Assembly (NCBI GenBank): GCA_963783305.1
Contig: CAWAMW010000002.1
Span: 352,001-416,000, forward strand
Direction: 5' to 3'
DNA: 64,000 nt
Source of the DNA: an uncultured Gemmatimonadales bacterium
GTDB lineage: Bacteria; Gemmatimonadota; Gemmatimonadetes; Longimicrobiales; RSA9
Positions 1-8,518 of this stretch are shown here, in pieces. Below the pieces are notes generated by a model. The model worked only from the letters and a program-made list of their open reading frames with translations. It searched no databases and had not been told where the DNA came from. The position numbers and the translations under genes are program-made. Every line of letters starts with the position of its first letter. Within the stretch, counting starts at the first letter, position 1.

Positions 1-965
1 TGGTTCGCCGCCTCCGCGTCCCGGTAGAGCCGCGCGTTCTCGATGGCCAACGCCGCGTGGCGCCCCAGCTCGACCGCCATCTGGAGGTCCCGCTCGTTGA
101 AGTCGGTGCGACCTGTGCTCACCGCGGAGAAGAGACCGATGCACTCCCGGCCGCTGTCGAGCGGCACGAAGATCACCGAAGTCGGGCCGAGGGAACGGAG
201 CAGCTCGAGGTGCTCCTCGTCCTGGGCCGCCGACCGCAGCCACGCCTCGTCCACCTCCCGCACGAGGACCGGCTTCCGCTCGCGGAATGCTCGCGCCTGC
301 GGCGTATCATCACCGATCCGGAGCGGGTAACCGCGCGCTCGGTCCATGAATCCGGCGGCATGGCTGGAAGCGGCTGCGAAGCGGCGCACCTCTCCATTCT
401 CTACCAGGTCGAGGATGCAGTAGTCGGCGAACTCTTCGACCACCAGCTGAACCACTCGCTGGAGCGTCTCCTCCAGCGCCAGGCTGGCCGAGAGACGACG
501 CGCCGCCTCCGATAGGAACTCGCCCCTCCTTGCCGCCTGCTCCGCCTCTGCCCGCGCCAGCTGCTCGCGCACCAGCTCCCGCTCGCGCTCCGCCGATCTA
601 AGCCGCTCCGTGATGTCGCGGAGCGAGATGATGAACGCGGACTCACCCTCCCACTCCGTACCCATCACCCGCAGCTCCGCTATGCGCAGCTCGCCCCGGC
701 GGACCACGTCGATCTCGGTGGTCTCCCCTACCACGACCGGGTGCCCGAACGGCGACCCGACGAGTGCGGACGGCTCGCGGCCGAACAGCCGGCCCGCGGC
801 GGGATTGGCGAACCGGACCACACCGAGCTCATTGTCCACGACCATCATCCCATCCGCCGCATTCTGGATGATACTCCGGAACCGCTGCCGGGCCCTGGCA
901 AGCTCGGCCCGCAGCCGGTGGGTCTCGGACGCGTCCGCCCTTTCGTCGGTCCCCTGATCCGTCAT
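1..965 (-). CDS. PAS + GAF domain sensor protein, probably a histidine kinase (partial; C-terminus lies beyond the window start)
   Basis: Absent from the ORF track because it has no stop in the window. Hand translation from ATG 965: MTDQGTDER...FRSIIQNAADGMMVVDNELGVVRFANPAAGRLFG (PAS)...SLRDITER...LSASLALEETLQRVVQLVV...FNERDLQMAVELGRHAALAIENARLYRDAEAANQ, a GAF followed by the helix that typically precedes HisKA. Confidence 0.8.
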   Translation of the reverse strand, partial: MTDQGTDERADASETHRLRAELARARQRFRSIIQNAADGMMVVDNELGVVRFANPAAGRLFGREPSALVGSPFGHPVVVGETTEIDVVRRGELRIAELRVMGTEWEGESAFIISLRDITERLRSAERERELVREQLARAEAEQAARRGEFLSEAARRLSASLALEETLQRVVQLVVEEFADYCILDLVENGEVRRFAAASSHAAGFMDRARGYPLRIGDDTPQARAFRERKPVLVREVDEAWLRSAAQDEEHLELLRSLGPTSVIFVPLDSGRECIGLFSAVSTGRTDFNERDLQMAVELGRHAALAIENARLYRDAEAAN

Positions 966-984
966 AGCGCCATGCGGGCCCCGC

Positions 985-2535
985 CTACTCGGCGGGGCTC
1001 CCTTTCCTGCGGCGCTGGAGCTTCTCCGCCAGCTCCGGGTCCACGTGACCCGGACTGCCCCAGAGCAGCCCGTGGATGTCCGACAGCTTCTCCCCGATAT
1101 GCATGCCATCCGCGTCGATCACGTACTCCCGGATCTCCGGATCGTGCTCGGAGCCCCGCATCTTCAGTACGACCATCCCGCGCCTCACCTCACCAAAGCT
1201 CTCCACGTATCGGAGCAAAATGATGCTGTCGGTGAGGGTGGAGATGTGCTGCTCGGTGATGGACGTTCCGCCCGTGAGCGTGGGGGTGTTGGCGCTGAAC
1301 AACCCGGCCATCTCCCGGTGCTTGATGGTGGCCGTCAGGTTGATCACGAATTCACGGAACGAGCGCACCGAGCTGGCCCGCTCGAGCGCCGACAGGCTGT
1401 CCACTGCGATACGCCCCGGATTGTACTCCTCGATGACGTCCTTCATCTTGACGAGGTGATCCTCGAGCGTGAGCGAGTGCGGGTACTGCGTCACGATCTT
1501 CAGCAGACCCCGCTCCTGCCACCCCTCGAAATCGAATCCCCAGGCCGCAGCGTTCCGCACCAACTGCTCACGACTCTCTTCGAACGCGAAGAGGAGTGAG
1601 CGCTCCCCCGCGGCCGCGCCCCCGGCCAGGAACTGTGAGACCGTGAGCGTCTTCCCCGTCCCCGTGGCGCCGGAGATGAGGACGACGGAGTCCCTGAAGA
1701 ACCCGCCCCCACACATCCGGTCGAGCTTCTCGTTCCCCGATGTGATGCGGACCGTGGAGGACGCCTGCGTCAGATGCATCGCGGACAGCGGTATTACGAT
1801 GATTCCGCGACCGCTGGAGATGGTGAACGGGAACTCCCCGGACTGGTGCGGCGTGCCGCGGAACTTGAGGATCTCGACCGTCCGTCGGCGCTTCTCCTGG
1901 TCCAGGGAGTTGCGGAGGATGAGCACGTTATCGGCGACGAACTCCTCGATCCCGTGGGTGGTTAGGTCGCCGTAATCCTCCTTCCGCTCGGCCGTCAGGA
2001 GCGCCGTCACGCCGAGCTCCTTGAGCTTGCGGGTGATGCGGAAGATCTCCTGGCGCAGGCTCCGGTGGTCGTCGTAGAGCGAGAAGATGGCGTTCAGGGA
2101 GTCCAACGCGACGCGGGTCGCCCCGACCTTCTCCACCGCGCGCTCGATCCGGGCGAGGAGCCCACCCAGGTCGAAGTCGCCGACGACCACGGGGTGCTCG
2201 CCCGTATGGGGCGAGGCGTCGATGAAGACCCAGCTGTCCTCGCTCTCCCATCCGGCCACATCCCAGCCGAAGCCGCGAACGTTCTCGCGCACGGCCTCGG
2301 CCGAGTCCTCGAACGTGATGAAGACGCCCGTCTCGTCGTGCTCGCGGATTCCCGCCGCCAGGAACTGGCACGCGAAGATGGTCTTGCCGCTTCCGGCGGT
2401 ACCGGCGATGAGCGTCGCGCGCCCTTCCGGGATGCCGCCCTCGCTGATCACGTCGAATCCGTCGATGCCGGACGGCATCTTCTTCATGGTAAACTGGTCC
2501 GCAGGGGCCATGGCTCCACTGGATAGGGAATTCAC
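985..2535 (-). CDS. kaiC: Circadian clock protein KaiC (double RecA-like ATPase)
   Basis: Two Walker A motifs (GTAGSGKT, GATGTGKT), EEFVADNVLILRN, EILKFRG, phosphosite region HISTLTDSIILLRYVE, VLKMRGSEHD. The GTG start overlaps the kaiB stop (GTGA). Confidence 0.95.
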   Translation of the reverse strand: MNSLSSGAMAPADQFTMKKMPSGIDGFDVISEGGIPEGRATLIAGTAGSGKTIFACQFLAAGIREHDETGVFITFEDSAEAVRENVRGFGWDVAGWESEDSWVFIDASPHTGEHPVVVGDFDLGGLLARIERAVEKVGATRVALDSLNAIFSLYDDHRSLRQEIFRITRKLKELGVTALLTAERKEDYGDLTTHGIEEFVADNVLILRNSLDQEKRRRTVEILKFRGTPHQSGEFPFTISSGRGIIVIPLSAMHLTQASSTVRITSGNEKLDRMCGGGFFRDSVVLISGATGTGKTLTVSQFLAGGAAAGERSLLFAFEESREQLVRNAAAWGFDFEGWQERGLLKIVTQYPHSLTLEDHLVKMKDVIEEYNPGRIAVDSLSALERASSVRSFREFVINLTATIKHREMAGLFSANTPTLTGGTSITEQHISTLTDSIILLRYVESFGEVRRGMVVLKMRGSEHDPEIREYVIDADGMHIGEKLSDIHGLLWGSPGHVDPELAEKLQRRRKGSPAE

Positions 2536-2807
2536 CGCGGCAGCCCGAGGGCCAACGCTACGGCGTCAACGTCCGACAGGTCACCGGTCACCCGGCGGAC
2601 CGGGTCGGGATGGCGCTTGATGACGGTGGGCGTCGCCATGATCTGGTGGGCCTCCGCCTCGGCGGGGTCGTGCACCACGTCGATGACGACCAGCTCGTAG
2701 TCGCCCTCATCGAGCATGCCCGCCGCGAGCCCGCGAAGGTTCTCCACGGCCCGCGTGCTGCGCGGACTCTGCCCGGCGATGAAGAGGGTGAACTGGTAGG
2801 TGATCAT
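2532..2807 (-). CDS. kaiB: Circadian clock protein KaiB
   Basis: MITYQFTLFIAGQSPRSTRAVENL...VIDV...IMATPTVIKRHPDPVRRVTGDLSD is the KaiB signature. ATG at 2807. Confidence 0.93.
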   Translation of the reverse strand: MITYQFTLFIAGQSPRSTRAVENLRGLAAGMLDEGDYELVVIDVVHDPAEAEAHQIMATPTVIKRHPDPVRRVTGDLSDVDAVALALGLPR

Positions 2808-2811
2808 ACGG

Positions 2812-3372
2812 TCAGTCCAGCCATCGGGTTCGCTCGGCAGCCGCGGTACGCGCCTTGGCCTGGGGCACCGCAGCGGGCTCGCCCAGGAACACGATCGCCA
2901 CCACACGCTGACGGTCCGAGACCTCCAGCGCGCCGCGAAGCTCCGGCTCTCCCATCACCGCTCCGGTCTTTATGTGTGTGCCGAGCCCCATCTCCACCGC
3001 CGCGAGGCTGAGGTTCTGTATCGCCATGAAGGCCGTAGCGTAATCCTCTTCCCGGATTTCCGGGCTCTCGTCTTCGTTCTGGATGACCGCGATCATGGCG
3101 GGAATCGATTCCGACCTCCGGACCACCTTCCCGGCCACGGCCCGCGCCGTATCCGGATCGTCGATCTTCGCCACCTTCCGTCCCGCCAGCGCCTGACCGT
3201 AGGCAGTTTTTGCGCCAGCGCCCATCACGCGCCACTCCAGCGGCTCGGTCATCCGGTGATTGGGCGCCGCGTTCGCGAGCTCCAGCAGGCGCTCGATGGC
3301 AGCTCGGGGGACGGGGTGGTCCACATACTCCTTTACGGAGACACGAGTGTTTATGGCGGCTTCGACGTTCAT
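2812..3372 (-). CDS. Nitroreductase family flavoprotein (YdjA-like)
   Basis: AINTRVSVKEY, AAPNH, AIQNLSLAAVEMGLGT motifs. Confidence 0.88.
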   Translation of the reverse strand: MNVEAAINTRVSVKEYVDHPVPRAAIERLLELANAAPNHRMTEPLEWRVMGAGAKTAYGQALAGRKVAKIDDPDTARAVAGKVVRRSESIPAMIAVIQNEDESPEIREEDYATAFMAIQNLSLAAVEMGLGTHIKTGAVMGEPELRGALEVSDRQRVVAIVFLGEPAAVPQAKARTAAAERTRWLD

Positions 3373-3417
3373 TGCGCTCCCCTTCGAATGGATTGGACCT
3401 GGATTGAATTTGAATAT

Positions 3418-5985
3418 TCAGGGTGTCGTGGTGTAGGGGCGGGGACGGGCGCTGGTGGGGGAGTCACCGCGACCGCGGGGCTGGGTGGTGGCGGGGGGTC
3501 CGTCGCCGTCCTGGAGATCGGCGCCCTCGGCGGCGCGGAGGGCGCGCCAAACGCGGGAGGGAGAGAAGGGGAGCGAGTCGAGGCGGACGCCGACGGCGTC
3601 GTAAATGGCGTTGGCAATGGCGGGAATGGACGGGTGCAGCGGGCCTTCGCCGGCCTCCTTGGCGCCATACGGGCCCTCGGGGTCCACACTCTCGATGATG
3701 AGCGAGTGGAGGTCGGGGGTGTCGAGGGAGGTGGGGAGTCGGTAGTCGAGGAGCGATGGGGCGTTGTGCAGCCCGACCTTCCCTTCCCGGTCGCTCTTGT
3801 AGACCTGCTCCTCGAAGATCGCCTCGGCGAAGCCCATGTACGCGGACCCTTCCATCTGGCCCTCCACCAGGACGGGATTGAGGGCCCGGCCGCAGTCGTG
3901 GGCGACCCAAATGTTCTTCACGGCCACGTAACCCGTCTCCTCGTCCACCTCCACCTCGGCCACGTGGGCGGTGAAGGAGTAGGCGGGGGAGGCGCCGATG
4001 GTGCCGCCGCGGTACTCCCCGTGGACGTCCTTGGGCGTGTTGTAGTGCCCCACGGCGCCGAGGGTGCCGTGCCGGGCCTCGGCGAGGTTGAACGCCTCCG
4101 AGATCGGCATCCTGCGGGCGGTGTCGCGCAGGTCGAACGCCCACCCGCCGGCGAGACCCACACGCGGCGGCTTCACATTCCATTCGTCCGCCACCGCACC
4201 GACCACTTTCTCCCGGAGCTGCTTCGCGGCGTGCACGGCGGCGTTCCCCACCATGAACGTCTCCCGGGACGAGTAGGCGCCCAGGTCCACAGGGGTCTGG
4301 TCGGTGTCGGTGGAGACCACCCGGACGTACTCCAGCGGGACCCCCAGCTCCTCCGCTGCGATCTGCGCAACCACGCTATCGCTTCCCTGCCCGATCTCAC
4401 TGGCGCCGGTCCAGACCGTGACCCGCCCGCTCCGCTCGATGGCCATCTGGATGGCCGACTGCGGCATGTCGTTCGGGTAGATCGGGTAGTTTGTGCCGGA
4501 GATGTAGGTGGACCCGGCGACGCCGAGGCCGTGACCGCGCGGCAGCTTTCCCCACCGATCCTTCCACTCACTGGCCGACTCCACCGCCTCCAGGCACTCC
4601 AGGAAGCCGTTCGACTGCACGCGCAGCTCGTTGATCGTGCGGCCGGTGCCCATGAAGTTGCGACGGCGCAGCTCGATGGGGTCCAGCTCCAGCCGCCGCG
4701 CCAGCTTGTCCAGCTGGATCTCGAACGCGAACCGCGGCTGCACGCTGCCGTGGCCCCGCTTCGGGCCGCACGCGGGCTTGTTCGTGTACACCCGCGTCGA
4801 GTCGAAGCGATAGGAGCCGAACGTGTAGGGCGCCGTCAGCAGCTGCCCCGCGTAGTAGGCCGTGACCAGCCCGAACGAGGCGTACGCCCCTCCGTCCAGC
4901 AGGATGTCGTGGTCCACCGCCCGGATACGGCCCTCGGCATCGGCGCCGAGCCGGCACTTCATCCGCATCGGGTGGCGCCCGCGGTGGGAGTAGAACACCT
5001 CCTCCCGCGTATAGAGGATCTTGACGGGGCGACCGGTCCTCTGGGCGAGCCTGGCGACGCAGAACTCGAGGTCGAAGGGCTCGGATTTGCCGCCGAAGGC
5101 ACCGCCGACGGTGGGCTGCACGACGCGGATCCGGGCCACATCGAGTTCGAGGACGCGGGCGAGCTCGCGGTGGAGGTAGTGCGGCACCTGGGTGGACGAC
5201 CAGACGGTGAGCTTCCCCGCCGGGTCCGCGTAGCCAATGGCGCAGTGGGGCTCGATGGGGGCGTGGGTGCTGCCCTCGTAGTAGTAGTCGCCCTCGATCA
5301 CCACCTCGCTGCCGGCCATGTGGGCGTCGACGGGTCCGAACTCGAGCGTCAGCTTCTTGGTGATATTGCCGTTCCAGCCGTCCTTGAGGGGCTCGTGGAT
5401 CGGCACGGCGTCGTCGCCGGGGCGGAGCGCCTCGCGCGGGTCGAGGTACGCGGGAAGCGGCTCGTACAGGACCCGGATGGCGTCGGCGGCGCGGATCGCG
5501 GTGTCCTCGTCCACGGCGGCGACGGCGGCCACGGCATCGCCGATGTAGCGCACGCGCTCCGTGGCCAGCGCCTGCTCGTCGCGGGTCCACGGGATGATGC
5601 AGTACTTCTCAGGCATGTCGGCGCCGGTGATCACGGCGTACACGCCGTCCATGGCCTCGGCTTCGGCGGTATCGATGGAGAGGATGCGGGCGTGTGCGTG
5701 GGGCGAGCGCAGGATCTTGCCGTGGAGCATCCCGGGGAGCGACATGTCGTCGGCGTACACAGCGCGTCCCATGGCCTTGTCGAGGCCATCCACACGCACT
5801 GTCCGCTGGCCGATGACCGCGAACTCGCGCTCGACCAGCTCGTCCAGCTGGTCGAGGTCCAGCGCCCGCCGCTCCTGGGCGGGACGCAGCTCTTCTGGCC
5901 TCATGGATGTCGCGGTGCGGGGGAACGCGGAGACGGGCTCCGTCGGGACTCGGGTGCCATCCTCATCATGCCACGACGACGGCAC
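3418..5985 (-). CDS. Xanthine dehydrogenase family molybdopterin-binding subunit (4-hydroxybenzoyl-CoA reductase alpha-like)
   Basis: RSPHAHARI, STQVPH, VGGAFGGK, KRGHG, EIGQGS, GAYSSR, VEGQMEG, GAKEAGEG. The start is uncertain (GTG 5985 or ATG 5904). Confidence 0.9.
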   Translation of the reverse strand: MPSSWHDEDGTRVPTEPVSAFPRTATSMRPEELRPAQERRALDLDQLDELVEREFAVIGQRTVRVDGLDKAMGRAVYADDMSLPGMLHGKILRSPHAHARILSIDTAEAEAMDGVYAVITGADMPEKYCIIPWTRDEQALATERVRYIGDAVAAVAAVDEDTAIRAADAIRVLYEPLPAYLDPREALRPGDDAVPIHEPLKDGWNGNITKKLTLEFGPVDAHMAGSEVVIEGDYYYEGSTHAPIEPHCAIGYADPAGKLTVWSSTQVPHYLHRELARVLELDVARIRVVQPTVGGAFGGKSEPFDLEFCVARLAQRTGRPVKILYTREEVFYSHRGRHPMRMKCRLGADAEGRIRAVDHDILLDGGAYASFGLVTAYYAGQLLTAPYTFGSYRFDSTRVYTNKPACGPKRGHGSVQPRFAFEIQLDKLARRLELDPIELRRRNFMGTGRTINELRVQSNGFLECLEAVESASEWKDRWGKLPRGHGLGVAGSTYISGTNYPIYPNDMPQSAIQMAIERSGRVTVWTGASEIGQGSDSVVAQIAAEELGVPLEYVRVVSTDTDQTPVDLGAYSSRETFMVGNAAVHAAKQLREKVVGAVADEWNVKPPRVGLAGGWAFDLRDTARRMPISEAFNLAEARHGTLGAVGHYNTPKDVHGEYRGGTIGASPAYSFTAHVAEVEVDEETGYVAVKNIWVAHDCGRALNPVLVEGQMEGSAYMGFAEAIFEEQVYKSDREGKVGLHNAPSLLDYRLPTSLDTPDLHSLIIESVDPEGPYGAKEAGEGPLHPSIPAIANAIYDAVGVRLDSLPFSPSRVWRALRAAEGADLQDGDGPPATTQPRGRGDSPTSARPRPYTTTP

Positions 5986-5989
5986 ACGT

Positions 5990-7702
5990 TCAAGCCCCGG
6001 AGGCGGTTACCACCCGATCGACCTCGACCGCATCGAGGAACGCGCGATCGTGGGAAACGACCACGAGCGCCCCGTCGTAGCCGCGCACGACCTCCTCCAC
6101 GGCGCGGATGCTGTCCAGATCCAGGTGATTGGTGGGCTCGTCCAGGACCAGCAGACGAGGCGGCCGGGGCACGGCCACCACGCAGGCCAGCGCCACGCGC
6201 ACCCGCTCACCCCCGCTCAGGTCGCCCGCCCGGGCGCGCACGGCATCGCCGCGGAAGAGCAGCCTGGCCAGGACCCGACGCGCGGTGTTGTCGTCCACCC
6301 CCACGTCGGCATCCTGTACGTTCTCGAGCACGGATCGGTCGTGCCGCAGCCGCGCGGCACGCTGATCCAGGTAGGCGACCTCATGTGGCTGGAGCCCGAG
6401 CGTCAAGGAGCCGGAGGTCGGCTGGATCTCGCCGGTGAGGAGTCGGAGCAGGGTCGTCTTGCCGCTCCCGTTCGGCCCGGTGATCGCCAGCCGCTCCGGC
6501 CCCACGATGCCCAGGTCGAAACCCCGCACCGCGGGCTCGGCGGCGCCCGGGAAGGTGTAACCGACACCGCGGAGCTCGGCCACGAGGCGCGTCGAATGGA
6601 GATCCGCCGACGGCAGCTCCAGCCGGACCCGCTCCGCCTCCTCCACCCTGGCGTTGGCGATCCGGACCCGCGCCCGGCTCGCCTCGATCCGGTGCTCCCC
6701 CACCTGGCCCAGGCGAGCCGACGTCCCTTCGCTTCGCTCCCGCCGCGCGTTCAGCAGGATTTTCGGCAGGTTGGCGGTGCCACGACCCCGCTTCCCGCGG
6801 GCGTTCCGCCGGTCCTGCCTCTCCCGCACCTCCCGGGCCGACCGCTTCGTGTCCCTCAGCGCGTGCCGGGCGCTCTCCAGCTCCCTCTGGGCCGCCTCCG
6901 CCTCGGCCGTGCGCTGCGCCTGGTACAGGGACCAGCCGCCGCCGTAGGATCGGGCGCCCAGAGGCGACAGCTCCAGGATCCGGTCCACCCGATCCAGCAG
7001 CGCGCGGTCGTGCGTACTGACGAGCAGACCCCCACGCCACGACTCCACGGCGCCGTACAGGAGCGACCGGCCGGGGGCGTCCAGGTCGTTGGTGGGCTCG
7101 TCCAGGAGCAGGAGGTCCGGTCGCCCCAGCAGTCGTCCGGCCAGCGCGATCCGCGTGGCCTCGCCGCCGCTCACGCCCGTCATGGGTCGGTCCAGCGGAA
7201 TGGATTCGAGGCCCAGCCCCGCGAGGTGAGCCGTGAGCCGCTCGCGCAGGTCCCACCGGTCCCCGATGGTCTCGAGGTCTCCCGGCTGCGGCGATCCCGC
7301 CAGCACGCGGTCGAGAGCGCGGAGTGCCTCCTCCACCCCGAGCGCGGCGGCCACCGTGCGCGGCGCTGCTTCGGCGTCCGGGCGGACCGGGTGGGTCAGG
7401 GTGGCGGCCAGGAGGGCGTTCGGCTGGCCCGACAGCGGGTCCATCGGGGGAGCGGTGGAGCCGTCCGTCCGGCGTTGGGGCAGGTACGCGATCCGGCCGC
7501 TTCGGACCACGCGGCCGGCCGCAGGCTGGATCTCGCCGGCCAGGATCCGGAGGAGGATCGTCTTGCCGATGCCGTTGCGTCCTACCAGTCCGACGCGCTC
7601 ACGGCCGAGCCCTAAGCTCAGACCCGCGAAGAGCTCCCGGCCATCGGGAAGGGCGAAGGCTACCGCGTCGGCGGAAAGGAGAACGGGGTCGGAACGCAAC
7701 AT
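5990..7702 (-). CDS. ABC-F family ATP-binding protein (two ABC domains, no transmembrane segments)
   Basis: GRNGIGKT / VSGGE / LLDEPTN and GPNGSGKT / LSGGE / VLDEPTNHLD, joined by a charged linker. ATG 7702 has an AGGAG SD; an in-frame GTG at 7813 is an alternative start. Confidence 0.9.
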   Translation of the reverse strand: MLRSDPVLLSADAVAFALPDGRELFAGLSLGLGRERVGLVGRNGIGKTILLRILAGEIQPAAGRVVRSGRIAYLPQRRTDGSTAPPMDPLSGQPNALLAATLTHPVRPDAEAAPRTVAAALGVEEALRALDRVLAGSPQPGDLETIGDRWDLRERLTAHLAGLGLESIPLDRPMTGVSGGEATRIALAGRLLGRPDLLLLDEPTNDLDAPGRSLLYGAVESWRGGLLVSTHDRALLDRVDRILELSPLGARSYGGGWSLYQAQRTAEAEAAQRELESARHALRDTKRSAREVRERQDRRNARGKRGRGTANLPKILLNARRERSEGTSARLGQVGEHRIEASRARVRIANARVEEAERVRLELPSADLHSTRLVAELRGVGYTFPGAAEPAVRGFDLGIVGPERLAITGPNGSGKTTLLRLLTGEIQPTSGSLTLGLQPHEVAYLDQRAARLRHDRSVLENVQDADVGVDDNTARRVLARLLFRGDAVRARAGDLSGGERVRVALACVVAVPRPPRLLVLDEPTNHLDLDSIRAVEEVVRGYDGALVVVSHDRAFLDAVEVDRVVTASGA

Positions 7703-7819
7703 ACGGCACAGCTCCTGGCGTGGAGGATACGGGTGATCTCTCTGTAGAACGCCAGGGTGCTCAGCACGTCGGTTCCTCGTCCATGGTGCCGTGGTACGCC
7801 ACGGGCGGCGCACGGCGAC

Positions 7820-7849
7820 ACGCTACGCGCAATGTGGTGGCGGGGTCAA
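7820..7849 (-). promoter_or_regulatory. Putative sigma70 promoter of the ABC-F gene
   Basis: Minus strand TTGACC (7849-7844), 18 nt, TAGCGT (7825-7820). Confidence 0.5.
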
Positions 7850-7921
7850 GGGTTGCGGGATATGGCACCCCTGGGGGCGAATCCGGCCGTGGGCGCCTCC
7901 GAGGGCGCCGTGGCGCGGCGG

Positions 7922-8425
<504 letters not shown>

Positions 8426-8431
8426 AATGTA

Positions 8432-8512
8432 AGACTACCGGCCGTCGCGGCCCGGGGTCAAGCGAAGGGTGCTGCCCCAAATGTGGAATATGGAACCTGG
8501 TCCGCCTATACT
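8432..8512. promoter_or_regulatory. Divergent promoter pair, both apparently giving leaderless mRNAs
   Basis: Minus strand: TTGACC (8461-8456), 18 nt, TAGTCT (8437-8432), then 6 nt to ATG 8425. Plus strand: TATACT (8507-8512), then 6 nt to ATG 8519. Confidence 0.5.
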
Positions 8513-8518
8513 CCCCCT

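Noticed and set aside
2800..6438. 1212-aa plus-strand ORF
   Set aside because: Antisense shadow of well-supported minus-strand genes; no motifs; typical of high-GC codon bias.
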